Below the pieces are notes generated by a model that did not search any database, was not told where the DNA came from, and saw only the letters and a program-made list of their open reading frames with translations. Made by a program: the position numbers and the translations under genes. From assembly GCF_048593235.1 (NCBI RefSeq), contig NC_133618.1, positions 478,523,294 through 478,587,293 on the forward strand: 64,000 nucleotides of DNA. The letters are read 5' to 3'. The first letter of the stretch is position 1. Every line of letters starts with the position of its first letter. Source of the stretch: Sminthopsis crassicaudata (lineage: Eukaryota). Below, in pieces: positions 24,440-38,200 of the stretch.

Positions 24440-27400
24440 CATAATCAATCAGTCAATAATCAGAAAATGCTTATTAAGTATTTTACTACACTAGACACAG
24501 TGCTAAATGGTAGGAATACAAAGAAAAAACAAAAAAATTCCCTGCCCTCAAGGGACTTACTTTCTCCTCGGGAAAGGCAACATTTAAATCAGCATAAGTA
24601 AGATAAGTACCGAGTAGATGAAAGATAACTTAAGAAGAGAAAACACAAGCTGCTGTGGAATGCAGCAAAGGTTTTATGGAGGAGGTAATGCTTAGGTAGA
24701 GTTTTAAAAGACGTCTGGGATTTTAAGAGTTCAAAGTTAGAAGGGATTGCATTTTAGGGGAACAGATGAATGGAGTTGGGAAATCTGGTGTATAAGAAGC
24801 AGCAAATAATCTAATGACTGGTTCATAGTGTGTGGAGAAGAATAATGTATTAAAGGACTGCAAAGACAGAAAGGGGCTAAGTTGTAAAGAAATGCCAAAT
24901 AGAGGACTTGATGTTTGATATAGAGGCAGCACTAAGGCATTAGAATTTGATTAGAACTGTGACATAGTGAACTTTGGGAAAATCACTTTGGCAACAGTAT
25001 GGATAATAGATTGGAGTGAAGAGAGATTTGAGCTAGAGCAATCAGCAAGCTATTGCAATTGTTCAAAAGAAAGAATATGAGGATCTGAATTTAGGATGGT
25101 GATTGTATAAATGGAGAGGAGGTAAATGCAAGAGATATAGAGAGATCACAAGTTTTGCAGTTGGTTTGGAGTAAATGAGAAGAGTCAAAAATGATCAAAG
25201 TGACAAACATATATTAAAAAAATTATGGTACCCTTCAAAATAATAAAGTTCAGAAGATAGGTGCCTTTGGGAGAGGGGAAGTAAATATTGCTTTGGACAT
25301 TGAGTATAAAGATGCTCAACAAGCAATTGATGATGTGGAACTAGAGAAAGACTAGGCCTGGAAAAGTAAATCTGACAATCATATAAGTAAAAATGACAAT
25401 TTAACTCACGGAAGCTAGTCAGATACCAAGTAGGGATTACAGATAGAAAACAAAAAGCTTAGAGAAATCTTAGGAAACATCCACATTTAATGGGCATGAC
25501 ATATATGAAGACCCAGGACTGGAAACTGAGGAGTGGCCCTAGATATAAGTTTTTCACAAGAACCTAGAAAGAAAATCTCCATGAGGAAGATATTGGTGTT
25601 CAACAGTGTCAAATGTTGCAGAGAGATAAAGAAGGAAAAGGTGAGAAGAGAACTAATAGATGTGGCATTGAAGAGATCATTGGTACCTTTAGAGGTAGCA
25701 GTGTTGGGTAAATGGTGAGTTCAGAAGCTAGGTTGCATAGGATCTAGAAGATAAAGTGAAGAAAGGAAATAGAAGCACAGAATATAAAAGATAGTTGGCT
25801 TTTTCAAGGAGTTAAGGGAGGGAGGAGAAATAAGAAATGATAGCTACTAAGTCCCAAAAGGGTTATGATATAGATTGGAGGAAAGAGTACCCACATTGAT
25901 AAAATAATAGATCACTGAAATATTAAATATGTAGTATAGCATGTATTTAGTCCAGTATTATGTAATTATCTTACATAGTTTACTTTCTGATGTTTGCCAT
26001 AGGTTTACCAATGGCCTTAAAACTATTTTTTCAGCTTAAGCATTAAAATTCATAGCAAGAAGAATACTGTTAATAAATACTGATTAATTTTTGGCCTGCT
26101 CTAGGAATCTAAAATCTTAAGAGTTGAAAAGAAGGAACCTCAAGAGAACATGCTATACAATTTCTGCCATTAGTCAGGCAAATCCTAATACCATAGGATT
26201 TTAGAACTCAAAAGAGATTTACCAATCAACAGTGATCACAAACTAAATGCCAAGCAACTTGTTAGGCATTGGAGACAGATACAAAAACAAAAGTAAAATT
26301 ATTCTTGCTTTTAAGGGCCTTGCAACTTTTCATGGGAAACATGTCATATATAAATATATACAGAATATGGTTAGTATAAAGTAATTTCAGAGGGAGACAG
26401 GGTCATAAAAACTCTCATGTAGGAAATAGTGTTTAAATTGGGGAAATTAAGATTTTAAGATGAAATGAGGGAATTCATTCCAAAAATGCAAAGGATAGCA
26501 TGGAAATGGGAGATAAAATTATGTGACTGAGGAATAATGAGGACAGTATGATTGAATTGTAGAGTACACAAAGGAGAATAACATATAGTAACCCTAAAAG
26601 TATAGGTAGAAAAGAAGCTGAGAAGAAAAATGCCTAACTGTAGAATAGACTTGATTCTGTAGACAATAAGAAATCTCTAGAATTTATTAAATAGAAGAGT
26701 GGAAACCCTCTACTTTGGGGGGATATCATTTTGTCATCTGTATGGAGAGTAGATTGGAGAAGGAAAAGATGATGTATAGCAGGCTAATAGACTATTGCAA
26801 TAATGCAAACAAGAGGTGATGAGGAACTGAGAGTGATGGTTGAATAGAGAGAAGAACATAGGTGAGAAATGTTGTGGAGGTCAAACTGACAAGATTTAGC
26901 AACTGGTTGGATATGTAGAGTGAAAGAGGAAGGAAGTTCTGGACCTGTTGAAGCACAGTGAATTCAAGGATTGAATGGAGAAATGGAGAAGTTTGGTAGT
27001 AGAAAATAGTGACTTCTATTTTGGAAATGTTGGTTTGAGATGCCTCTAGAACATTCAATTTAAAATTTCCTATAGGAATTTAGCAATATGAGGTTGGTGC
27101 TGAAGGCTGGAGGGATGCGGGAGGAAAGGAAGAGAGAAAAGGAGAAAGGATAGAGAGAGAAGGGGGGGAGCCATTGTTGTAGGGAACATAACTGAACCCG
27201 TGAGATTTGATAAGGTCATAGAGAAAGCAAAGAGAGAAGGATCCTGACAGAACTTGGAGATACATCTAGTTAGGGGATAGGATATAAATGACAAAAGTAA
27301 AGAGACTGAGGACTGAGATTGGAGAAAGAATAGATAGCAGTGCTCAAGAGTATCAAAGAGTACAGAGGGTCAAGAAGGATTGAGAAAAGAGTATCAGATT

Positions 27401-27830
27401 TGGCAATAGAGAGATTTTTTTTTTTCAAAAAGTAATTTCAATAAATTGCAAGAGGCTGAGAGCTGAATTGTGAGAAAATTGAAGGAAGGAATCTAGACAA
27501 TTTTTTCATAAAGATTTTGGATGTAAAGGGTAAGTAAGATAATAATTTGATGAGGTAGAGGCTACAATTTTTTTTTAAGGATTGGGAGACTTGGTTCCAT
27601 TGTTGGCAGGAGGAGTAAATAGGAGAAATTGAAGATTAGATTGTGGGAAGTCTACTAGAGGAGATAGGAATGTAGGGATCTAAGAATACAAATAAATCAG
27701 GTCTTGGCAGGGAGTAGGGCCAGTTCTTCAGCTTCTTCTAGAATCGGTATCAAGGAAGAAAAAAATGAGGAATACATTAAAGGATTCTGAGATATCAATA
27801 AAGAAAGAAGAAAGATACTGCAAATGGTTT
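24440..27830 (-). mobile_element. Long degenerate L2 LINE relic
   Basis: L2 3'-terminal motif in reverse (aatcaatcagtc...cttattaag...cacagtgctaaat) followed by purine-rich antisense L2 body; boundaries approximate. Confidence 0.6.
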
Positions 27831-28652
27831 ATTTTTTCCTTCTCCAAATATGGAGAATCTTAAAAATAACTGACTCCATCAATTTATTGAACAAGGAACG
27901 ACTCCTAAAAAAGTAAAATGAGCTTTCCATGATTATATAAGAAAAAGGCAGCAGAGCAAATGTTCTATGTCAGGGCTTTTGCTACTATACTCTGGCTATT
28001 CCTGTTCAGTTAATGAAGCAGGTATAGGGGAGCCAAACCTTTTCTGATATACCTAGTCAAGTGATTTTTCCTTCCATTAAAAGTTATTTTTTCCATACCT
28101 CTCATGAATTGGTTACTTATATTAATTTGTGGTCATATCTTCTCTCCCCAATCTGACCAGGAGCTTCTTGAGGATAAACCATAGTTTTGAGATTCTCACA
28201 GCATTCACACAGAGATATGAAGTGGCTATGTTTTTTTGGTTTTCTGAAAAACATTGTTGTTGAATGACATGCCCATGATTATGTAGCTAATGATAGAATG
28301 TGACTACAAATATCTGTTCCCAGTTACTCATCTTCAGCACACATCCCTGCCCCCCATCCACCCAGAATAATAATGAAAGGATATTATAGACAAGAACCTC
28401 ATAATAAATTGTGTGTATGTCCTCACACACAATGACATTAGATATGTCATCTTGTTGAAAAGAAGAGGAACCAGTTATTCAACAGTCTGTTGGTCAACAT
28501 TAAGTACAATTCATGTTGGAAGATAAAGACAAGCTACCAAGTAGACACTCTAAATTATGCCTAATGGATAGTAGCAAGGGTAACAAAGTTTATCGTCAAC
28601 TCCAATTAATTAGACAAAGTTCCAAAAACTCTGCTGTCTTTAAGACAGTAAC

Positions 28653-28658
28653 TTTATT
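28653..28658 (-). terminator. CCNE1: CCNE1 polyadenylation signal AATAAA (3'UTR about 28635-29176)
   Basis: tttatt on the + strand, about 520 nt after the stop, just downstream of a TGCTGCTA site as in the human 3'UTR end. Confidence 0.8.
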
Positions 28659-28673
28659 GAATTGAAAGCAATA

Positions 28674-28681
28674 TAGCAGCA
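28674..28681 (-). promoter_or_regulatory. Second miR-15/16-family 8mer site (TGCTGCTA) near the poly(A) signal
   Basis: gtaaacTGCTGCTAtattg on the minus strand. Confidence 0.78.
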
Positions 28682-28914
28682 GTTTACATATTGGAAAGGT
28701 TAAAAAGGAAAGCATTTTCACATATTAATATTGCAGGAAAGGTAAGCTACCCTCCATAGTTAGTTGCAACTATTGCAGTATAATGTTAATAATTAGGTAT
28801 TCATGCATTAAATGTGATTAATAACCCTAGGGTACCAAAGCAAAGGCCAGAAAGAGTTATACTTAATTTCAAGGCTTTTTTATTGTATGAATGGTTGACC
28901 AAGTATCACCCTCC

Positions 28915-28922
28915 TAGCAGCA
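28915..28922 (-). promoter_or_regulatory. miR-15/16/195/497 8mer target site (TGCTGCTA) in a conserved 3'UTR block
   Basis: Lies within gggtcaagtacaccagccacc...ccagatgctgctagg, which resembles the human CCNE1 3'UTR block. Confidence 0.8.
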
Positions 28923-29176
28923 TCTGGAGCACTCGTTGGTGTTCTATAGGTGGCTGGTGTACTTGACCCCCTTTAAAAAAAACAAAAACCGTGTGTTCCA
29001 TAAAAACACTACTTCCGCCCCAGTCCCATCTAAGAAGCTTCTGTTAAGGAAAAGAAATGCATGTTTTTGTCTAAAAATCTGTAAAAGCTAACAAATCCCC
29101 CAGGCAGCAGTCAACGGAGCAGAGCTTAGAGCAGGCACTTCAGCAAATTCATTTCTGATGAGAAGTGTTGGAAAAT

Positions 29177-29287
29177 TCACTCCTGCTCTTTGCTAGGTTT
29201 CTTATCACTCGGAGGTGGTGTGAGGAGTCCATTGGGAGCAGACACTCTCTCATCAGCCAACATGGCTTGTTTTTCATAAGCTTTGTC
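29177..29287 (-). CDS. CCNE1: CCNE1 last coding exon ([36 protein letters not shown])
   Basis: ttttag|GAC; TGA at 29179-29177; LLTPPxS Fbw7 phosphodegron. Confidence 0.96.
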   Translation of the reverse strand, partial: DKAYEKQAMLADERVSAPNGLLTPPPSDKKPSKEQE

Positions 29288-32200
29288 CTAAAACAAGATC
29301 AAAGGAGAGAAATGACACTGGTTAAAAAAAAAAAAGCAGGTTTTTTACATATTTATTTATTAATTTCTGAAGAGAACACATCTAATATTTCTTAAACCCT
29401 ACTACACTTTCAAAACTGTCCCTTATATTAAGGTATTTTAGCAAATCAACATTAATTTTGAGTAAAATAAATCTTAAATTCAGAAGTGATAATCTAGGGA
29501 CAAGGATATTAAAAGGGGGAAACGATCAGTTTCATATTGCTATAATAAGGTATATCTCAAATCAAATTCAGGATTTTTTTACCAACTGATTTCTTAAAAA
29601 TCTACCTTAGATGTATGAAAAAACTAACAAAAATATAAATTTATGAAATAAACTCACAAAAAAACAAAGTCATATAAAGTTTATCTAACACCTAGAAGTA
29701 GAATTTTCTTCAGTGATTTAAAAATATATAATTAAATGGGTGGGTGGGTGTCTTTCTGGGTTATTTATATGTAGTCTTGTCTGGGGTAAGGACTACATGG
29801 ACTGGGTAAGGTCACTTCTAGAATGATGTTCTATTTTGTCATCATTAAATCAAGTCATAAGAAAATATAAATGTTAATACTGACCAGCAAATTTATGGTG
29901 TTCACATGAGTCTGAATGTTATGCATGTCTTCACTAGGAACACCCTTAAAATATTTGAGTCTGGCTCCACCTACTTCCTTTACAGCCATAGCAAATGGGA
30001 CCATCCATTTCACACAATCCTCTACTTCTGGCCAATCAAATCCTGGAAAACAAAGTGAAAATTGCTTAAGCTAAAGCTTAAAATGTAGATATGTCAACTT
30101 TATACATGCTTCAAATTAAACTGAAATCCAACTTACCTGAAACTTTTTTCATTATCTCAGTGGAAGAGAAATGATATAAGGCAGATGCAGCTAGCACTCC
30201 ATAAGTAAAATCAAAGCAGCCCATATCCAGGATGCAGACATCTAAAAGCTATAGGAGGATGGGGAAAACATGATATAGAACAAGTCCATCAATCAATACC
30301 TCCATAAAATTAAGATAGATGAGCTGTCACACAAAATGGGATAAGTTATAGTGCTGGTACTTACCTCAGCAACCTGAACAAAGATTTGCTGAGGATACTG
30401 TGGCATAAGCACTTCTTCATACAGGTCATTGAGATAAGCAACCTGCATATATACATTTAGCCAGGACACAAGTGTCATCGGACTTAAACGCCATTTAAGG
30501 GCCTAGAGTAAAATGAAGGAGAAGGCAAATTTAGAGATCAACAGCTAAGCCAAAAATAATGGAGCACCCTGCCATGCAGTGGTAGATTGTCATACAAATA
30601 ATCAACCATTTTTGAGACTTAGAAGGTTATCACTTAATTTAAAGAGTATGATAATACAATTGAAGATGAATCAAATTCAAACAGGCAATTGCTTTCATCT
30701 TTGAAGAAATTCTAAATGAAGATTGAGCAGAAAATGTTTTATAAATCATTACTAACTTACCTTCATAATGATTAATTCCATGGTAAGAATTTCTTCCTCG
30801 GTACAAGCTCCATCGGTCACATAAGCAAACTGGTACAACTTTGGTGGATAGATTTCCTGAATGAAAAATAAATAAATAATGCCATCATGACCATCAAATC
30901 CAAACATAAATATTTTTATGTCATAATGTTTATCTAAACATGCTTTTGCTGAACCAGTTTTGACTGATGAAGATATAAAAACATAAACATTCTACTTTTG
31001 ACTTAAGAATCTTGAGTTCTAGCACCTTTAAATGGTTAATCCATAGCAATATAGTCATGGAAAAATATAAGAAACCACTAGTAGTCAAAATGCCTGTGAA
31101 ATCTGAAAGAAATTAATAAACTGTGCTTGCTGTCATATACTTTTAGAGCATTTTTTTTTTGGTCCCCTCAATGTTGTTAGCTTCACATTTAAAAGTTACC
31201 TAACTTTTAGCACAAGTTGCCAAGATTAAGGCTGTTTCTTCCATCTAAACCATATTCATAGTCCAAAAGTAAAGTACTTTCCATACCATAAAAATAAAAC
31301 AGTCTGTTTTCTAAACATTCTAAACATGAACAGATTTCCTATCCTTACTGAAACTAACATGTAATACTAATATAAAAACTTGAACAAGTTTTACCTCAAG
31401 TTTGGCAGCTATAAATAATGAGGTAATCCCAATAAGCTGCAAAAGTGTTTTTGTAATATTTCGCTGTGTTGCCATATATCGATCAAAGAAGTCTTGTGCC
31501 AAGTAATACGTCTCCCTGTGAAGTTTATAGACTTCAGACACCTGAAAAAATATTTAATAAGTTTTAGTACATTTACCTGAAAGAATGTTTTTCATGGGCT
31601 TTCAATGTTTTGCTTTTAGGCAAAACAGCAAAAACAAAAGTGCTGACAAGTTTACTTTTCTCCATTCTAACTTATAAGTATACTTATATAGAGAACTTGA
31701 GTCTTACTTAATATGGTCCAACTCTTCCAAATGTAGGTTTACGTAGGTGTAATGTTTATGTATAATATATATTTAATACTTAAGAGAATTAAAAACTTGT
31801 TTTCAAGAGAAACTCTCTTAAGAATTCTCATAAATTATTATCAATCTTTATAAATTTAATTTTAAAAATGTTATATGACTTGGGCATCACATACCTTATA
31901 GCACTAGATGGTTGAAATAGCAAAAAAGTTTAATAAACATTAATATACAGTCATTTAAAGACAGGCGCAAAGTCAAGCTTCAAAGGCATCACAGTATGGC
32001 AGAAATATTAATGGACCAAGAGGAAGACCTTGATCCTAGTCCCAGCTCTATCATTAAGTGAATATGTCTTTATTCTCATTTGTAAAACAGGTAAAACTAC
32101 CCAGCCTAATTGGTTGTTGTGAGAATCATAAGTTGTGAAGGTGCTTTGTAAATGACAAATTGCAATAAAAATGTAAGATATCACAAAAGCTAAAAAAAAA

Positions 32201-35200
32201 AAAACACTAAACACTGAATCTTTCTAGTAATAGGATATGCCAACATTAACATGTTAATGTTTGAAAATTTGTCTATGTTAGAATCTAAATTGTATGCGAG
32301 CAAAAGGTAGGCATATTTTTCAAGGGATAGGTAGAAAAGAATGATTGGAAGGGTAAGGAGACAGAAACTTAAGTAAACAAAATAAGTTTATGAAGATTCC
32401 TTAGCATACCAAAACCACTTCTAATGATTAGAGTTAACATCCCTCACTAGTATTCAAGTTCCACTTATATTTTGGAACAGAAGTAAAACCCAACTCTAAA
32501 AGTGAAACTCTTTTGTTGTTTCTAAGACAAATTTTCAGAAATCCTTTTCTAAGCCCCAAATTTGGTACTTGCCATTAATAGTGTAGGCACCCTTTACATA
32601 CACAAAAGTCACAGTTGTAATAAGTATTAGGTTTCTTAGCTTATCTGACTTTTAAACTGTTACTCAGTTTAACCCAGAAATAGCAGAATTTGGTAACAGA
32701 GTTAAGAGTTACAGGAGGCATAATTTTAAAAAATAATTTATCAAAAGTAATACATGATGAAGAACCTCTCATAAAAGATTGGATATGCCAGATAAGATGG
32801 ATTTACCTATAACAGTCACAAAATAGGGAACAACTTTACTTCATGTCTGATACTGATTTTAAACAATCAAAATGTTTGTTCCAGGGCCAAATTAGAAAAG
32901 AAAAACAGAATTACTTTGATTTCTATGTTTTGGAAATGAGAAAGGGAATGAATACTCCATGGATTAAAAAAAAAAACCAGAACACCAATTCAAAGAATTC
33001 TTTGTAAATGAGCATAATATGATCACGTACTTGTTTATACTATACTGTCACAGTTAATGAGAACAGTCAAACTCACCTCCATCATCCAATCCAGAAGGAT
33101 GGATCGCATTCTTGGCTGGAGAGAAGGATGTCTCTCCATAAAGTTCTTATCCCTCAGATATACCTGTTCTTTGCTTAACATGATTTTCCAAACTTCATCT
33201 CTATTTGCCCAGCTATAAAAAAAAATGAAACACTTATTAAAGTGCCTAAAAATTAGAAGGAAAGCTATAGTGAAAAGCTACAGATATATAAATGGATATG
33301 GCAGTTTAACTACTCACCCCAATAAGGGTAAGGGTGTAGCTCTATGTTGTGAAAAGTTGTGGGTTGGCATATTAGAATTAGGTAAGGATGGCTCATCCCA
33401 TCCTTTATCAGGTGTAAGAATCACTGACCATGGATTTCTGAGAAAAGCCTGTTGAAGAAAAACATTTTTTTAAGTGATGAATTACTCTAAATCACTCAGT
33501 ATAAAGGATATAAATGATTCTTTAAATCAGATAATATTTATTAATAAAAAAGAAATATTTACACACTACAGAAAAATATTGGTGTCATTGTCTTAATTAA
33601 AACAGAACCTTGCATTTTGTGGGATAAAGACAAGTCTGGATTAGGGATTTTTAACTCTTTTGGCAATCAGGTAAAGAGTATAGACTACTCAGTGTTTTGT
33701 TTTTTAATACATAAAATACACAGGATTACAAAATAAATTAGTTATACTGAAATATACTTATCAAAATATTAAAAAAATAAATTCATGAATCCAATTAAAT
33801 ATATTCAAAGACAGCAGATTAAGAACCCTTTGTCTAAATAAATGAAATTCATATAACCTCAAGTATTCATTTTGGCTATTAACTTTGTCTCTTTATCTAG
33901 CAAGCCCCTCCTATTTAAAATTTAATTTTTAGAAACATTCTTCACACCCTTTTGTGGCATTTTATAAAAGATCTCTTGGCTTCTATTACCTCATTTACTT
34001 AGACTTTATCTAAAGTTACAGACCAATCTACAATCAAATTAACAAAAAGAGATCAAGTAAATATATTCTACAACAAAATATTTGCTTTCAGCTGGCTGTG
34101 CGTACTAAAAAGTATAAAAATAAGATTTCCCAAACCAAACTGCTCTGGTAACTTTTGCGGTAGCAAATCTGAAATGAAATCCATCAGTTGCTGCACCTTT
34201 CAGATTCATGATAGAAGGAACTAGGCAACCTTTTCACATAGCTCCCTTAAATTGAAATTTTACTTTCTGTATCTGCTCTATCTTCATATGGTACTAAAAA
34301 GTACAAGAATACAACTTTAAAAAAATTTAACTCCCTTGAAAGAGAATCAAAATGCTTGACACATTTAAAAAATTTTTATACATTTTAAGAAAAACAAACA
34401 GTAACTCTAGGATTGTGAGAACTAAAATTTATGCCATCTATAAAAACCATAAAAACAGAAAATCAAAACATTTAAGACCACCTTTGCACACCAAATGTAT
34501 CCCAAATGTTATAGTGGTCTCAGTTGAAGTTTTGGAATATTTGATTTCTATTCAAATAGGAATGTTTTGACAAAGTTTGAGTTACATTAAGACTTATTTT
34601 AAGTTACCATATTTAATTTCTGGCTTTATAAACAATTTTAGACTCAATTTTAGGAACTCCTTATCCTCTTTTTTTTTTTTTTTTAAAGCAATGCAGCCAT
34701 CTTGCCGAAAATGTCAGCCAACTATGCCTCTATGGAAAACCCGCAGAAAAGTCTGAATTTATTTGCATTTCCACTATTTTAATAAGGAGGGAGCCTATTA
34801 AGTTTTAATACAAAAGACTGAAAAAATTGTAAATGAATGTAATCTAGCTTCTGGCTCAAAAGTAGTGTTGATTAGGCAATAATACGTAGTTCCTTATTTA
34901 ATACATTTTACATACTATGTATCATTCAGAGGTTACTTATGCATTTTTCAAGCTGCAAAAAAGTATCTCAGTTGAAAATAAGTCTTCTCCCTGCCTCCTC
35001 TAAAAATATAAGACTACTCTTCACCCAAGGCAGAAAGAGCTCTAGATATGCAAGATTTCCCCCTCAGAGTTCATGGGATAATTTGTGGGAGAAAGGGAGC
35101 TCCTACTAATTAGTCTATAACATGCTACTGATACCATCTCTATAATTCAACATGTTAAGAGTGCTTTAAGTTAATTTTACTCTTTCTATCAGTGGGCCAG

Positions 35201-38200
35201 GAATTTTGTTATGAGGGCACAATCAGTGTCATCTTCTCTGACTATGTGATTGGCAAAGCTAAGAATAGGTTTTTGTAGATAAGTTGCCAAACATCTTAAA
35301 ACTACAAGTCAGAGAATAGTTACAAGAGAGCTAACAATTGATAAGTTTTTTCCCAGAAGACACATCTTAGAAAAGAAATAGGTAAATCAGAACAACATTC
35401 TACTATTATGTTGAGTGTACCTTGAAGATGTACCTAGCTTTCAAAAACTAGCCCAAAGTAAAGAGAGTTATAGAGAAGAATGGTATAAACTAAAAGCTCA
35501 AGTTAATATAACAATGAAATAGAATGTTAGGGCTACAAATTTCCTGAAGCAACATGGTGGATATACTATATTTGTCTTAGAATTCCACAAAATTGCTACT
35601 AATATTTAGTAGGAGACTTGAAGATAAATATTATCCTAGGACTAAATATGGTGTTGATGAAGTAGTTATTCAAAACAACTTTACTAATGATTTTTAAAGA
35701 CAGTTTTCAGAAAACTGTCCATTGTTCTATTACATATGCACTTACTTCAGCAGATCAATGATTATTACATGTTTGACTGAATGACTTTATCCACAAACCA
35801 ACCAAACGATTTCTATTTCCAAATTTTGCCTTTACAAATTAACATTCCCCAAGTAAACTGATAAACTCAGATATCAATATGTTTAAAAAATAAATAGGAA
35901 ACTGTTCTGAGTATGTAGAAAATTTCAAGAAACCCTTAAAAATATCCATGAATGGAAATTAATAAGTAAATTCTATAATTGGAAAGTGTTATACAGAGGT
36001 AAACTATTATCATATTCTATTAATATATCAGAGACCAAGAGATCTGCTTGGTCTATTCCTCATTTAAGAACTGGAAACATTTTTAAGTATTTACATTTTA
36101 AAAATAAGCTTAATTAGCTCAGTATCCATTGTTGCTGTTCTCCCTAAGCAATGAAGTTGCGCATAGTAGATACTATGATTAGGTACTATGGTACTAAGAT
36201 TTGTGAGAGAAGAAAAAATAAATTTATTTTCTAATCAAAGTATATCTAATGCCATATTTTACATTTTTAAATAGGATTATAATACTTCCCATAACCCTCA
36301 TTATTGGGTTTGATTAAAAGATAGGCTTAGAGAGTATGAGAAGACATGAGAAAAAAGGAATAACTATTGCCTTTACTAAACTAAAAAAATTTTTTTCCTA
36401 TATAAGAGGAAGTCACCAATCTCACTCTTCAATGTTCAGTGAATCCTGCTTATGAAAGACTGAATGTGTCTTTTATATTCAACTATGACTACCATTTCAA
36501 ACAATGTTGCCCATCTGCTGTGAAGCACTTTACTCTTTAAGGTTCCAGCTGCTACCTCTGTTTATATATGTCTCATTGTTCATTATCCTATGAAATGATG
36601 TACTACCCAACCCCAAATTAGTCATTAGCATTTAACTCAGAATAAATAAAATATTCCTGCTTTTGTTTTTTATATGATGTTATAAGATATGACAGGGGGT
36701 AGGGTGGGGAGAATGAGAGATATTTTCTCTAAATCCAAACCATGACTATGATTTCCAGTCATTTCTGGAGGTAAAGATAGCATGGACTCTTTTCATAATG
36801 AGCATCAGCTATCACAATGTATAATTTTAGTGGCTTATCTTTAAGGGAAAGATAAGACAAATAGATTAGTCCACTGAAATTCTATAATGGAACGTACATT
36901 AATATTCGATATCTTCAATAGGTATATAAGTGAACTTATACCTGTTAAGGTCAGTTCAAATCCCAGCTGGTAGGGACACTTATTTAAATGTTAAATACAT
37001 ATAAAAATCACAGGCCAGAGACAGTGAGGCAGTCATCAAGATACAAATCAAGGCATTTTATTTAATGTTACCACGTGCTCTGTGCAGAAGGAATTCAAGA
37101 ATTTCCAAGAATTTCAGAGGTATAAAAGGACTTTCCAAATAGAATGAGATCTTCATTTAGAAGCTTATTCTTTCAGAAACCATCATTAATCCACTTAACT
37201 TGAGCTATTTGTTCTTCTTCAGAAGTTCACTAAGACATTTGGATCACATAAGAGCGCCTACACTGGAATAAGAATCTAGAGAGCTTGGCTTTAAGTCTGC
37301 CTGCCAGTAATTAGCTTTGTTACTCTATAGGCAAATCATTTTACCTCTCTAGGACTCAGTTTCCTTCCCAGTAAAAGGAAATGCTTAAAACAGATATTTG
37401 CAAGGATTTTTTCCAGGTATTATAGGACATCTAAAATCTAAGGGGAAGAGTGAGCAGTCTCAATTTAAGAGCTGGGAATACATAATTAGGCAAGGATTAC
37501 ATTTAATTCCACTGAGCGAGGAAGAATAAAAGAATATAGTAGAAGCATGATTATAGTAGCATGGAGAGAGTAAACTGGAGAGTTAAAAAATCATCTTTAT
37601 CAATACTGGAAAATAACAATGATCATACTTGTAGATTATGAATCTTACCGGTATCCTGACTGCAGTTCTTCCAATTGTTTCTCTTTTGGCCAAAACTTCA
37701 TCTGGGTCCAGCAAAAACTATATCCAAAAAACACATTCAAACAAGAGAGAGAATCTTAAACACAAAAACTGTGAGCATAAAGTTTGACCCAAAAAACTGT
37801 CTTTTCTAATCCAATCTTTTCCCCACAATACTAAGGATCCCTACAGTACTAGGATACTTGCAATCTATTTCAGGGAAGTAATTCCCCATATTTTACTTCT
37901 CTTGTACTCACCACAGCTACATCTGCCTTTCTTTTCCGGGATCGAGAGGATTCTGTTGAGCTGCTGCCACTTTGCTCATTTACCCTCTTCATGTTCTCTT
38001 CCTCTTTTCCATTCCCATCAGGGCTTCTTTCCCCCTTCCTTCCAGTACTGGGACTTTGATCATTCTTTCCGTCAAAGAGCTCACCAGCACTTGGATCTTG
38101 CCTGGCATCAGGATTGGGGTCTTCCCTGCCATCAGGTCTTGGATCTTCCCTGCCGTCAGGGGTTGGATTTTCCCTTGCATTTGGTCTTGGCTCATCCCTC

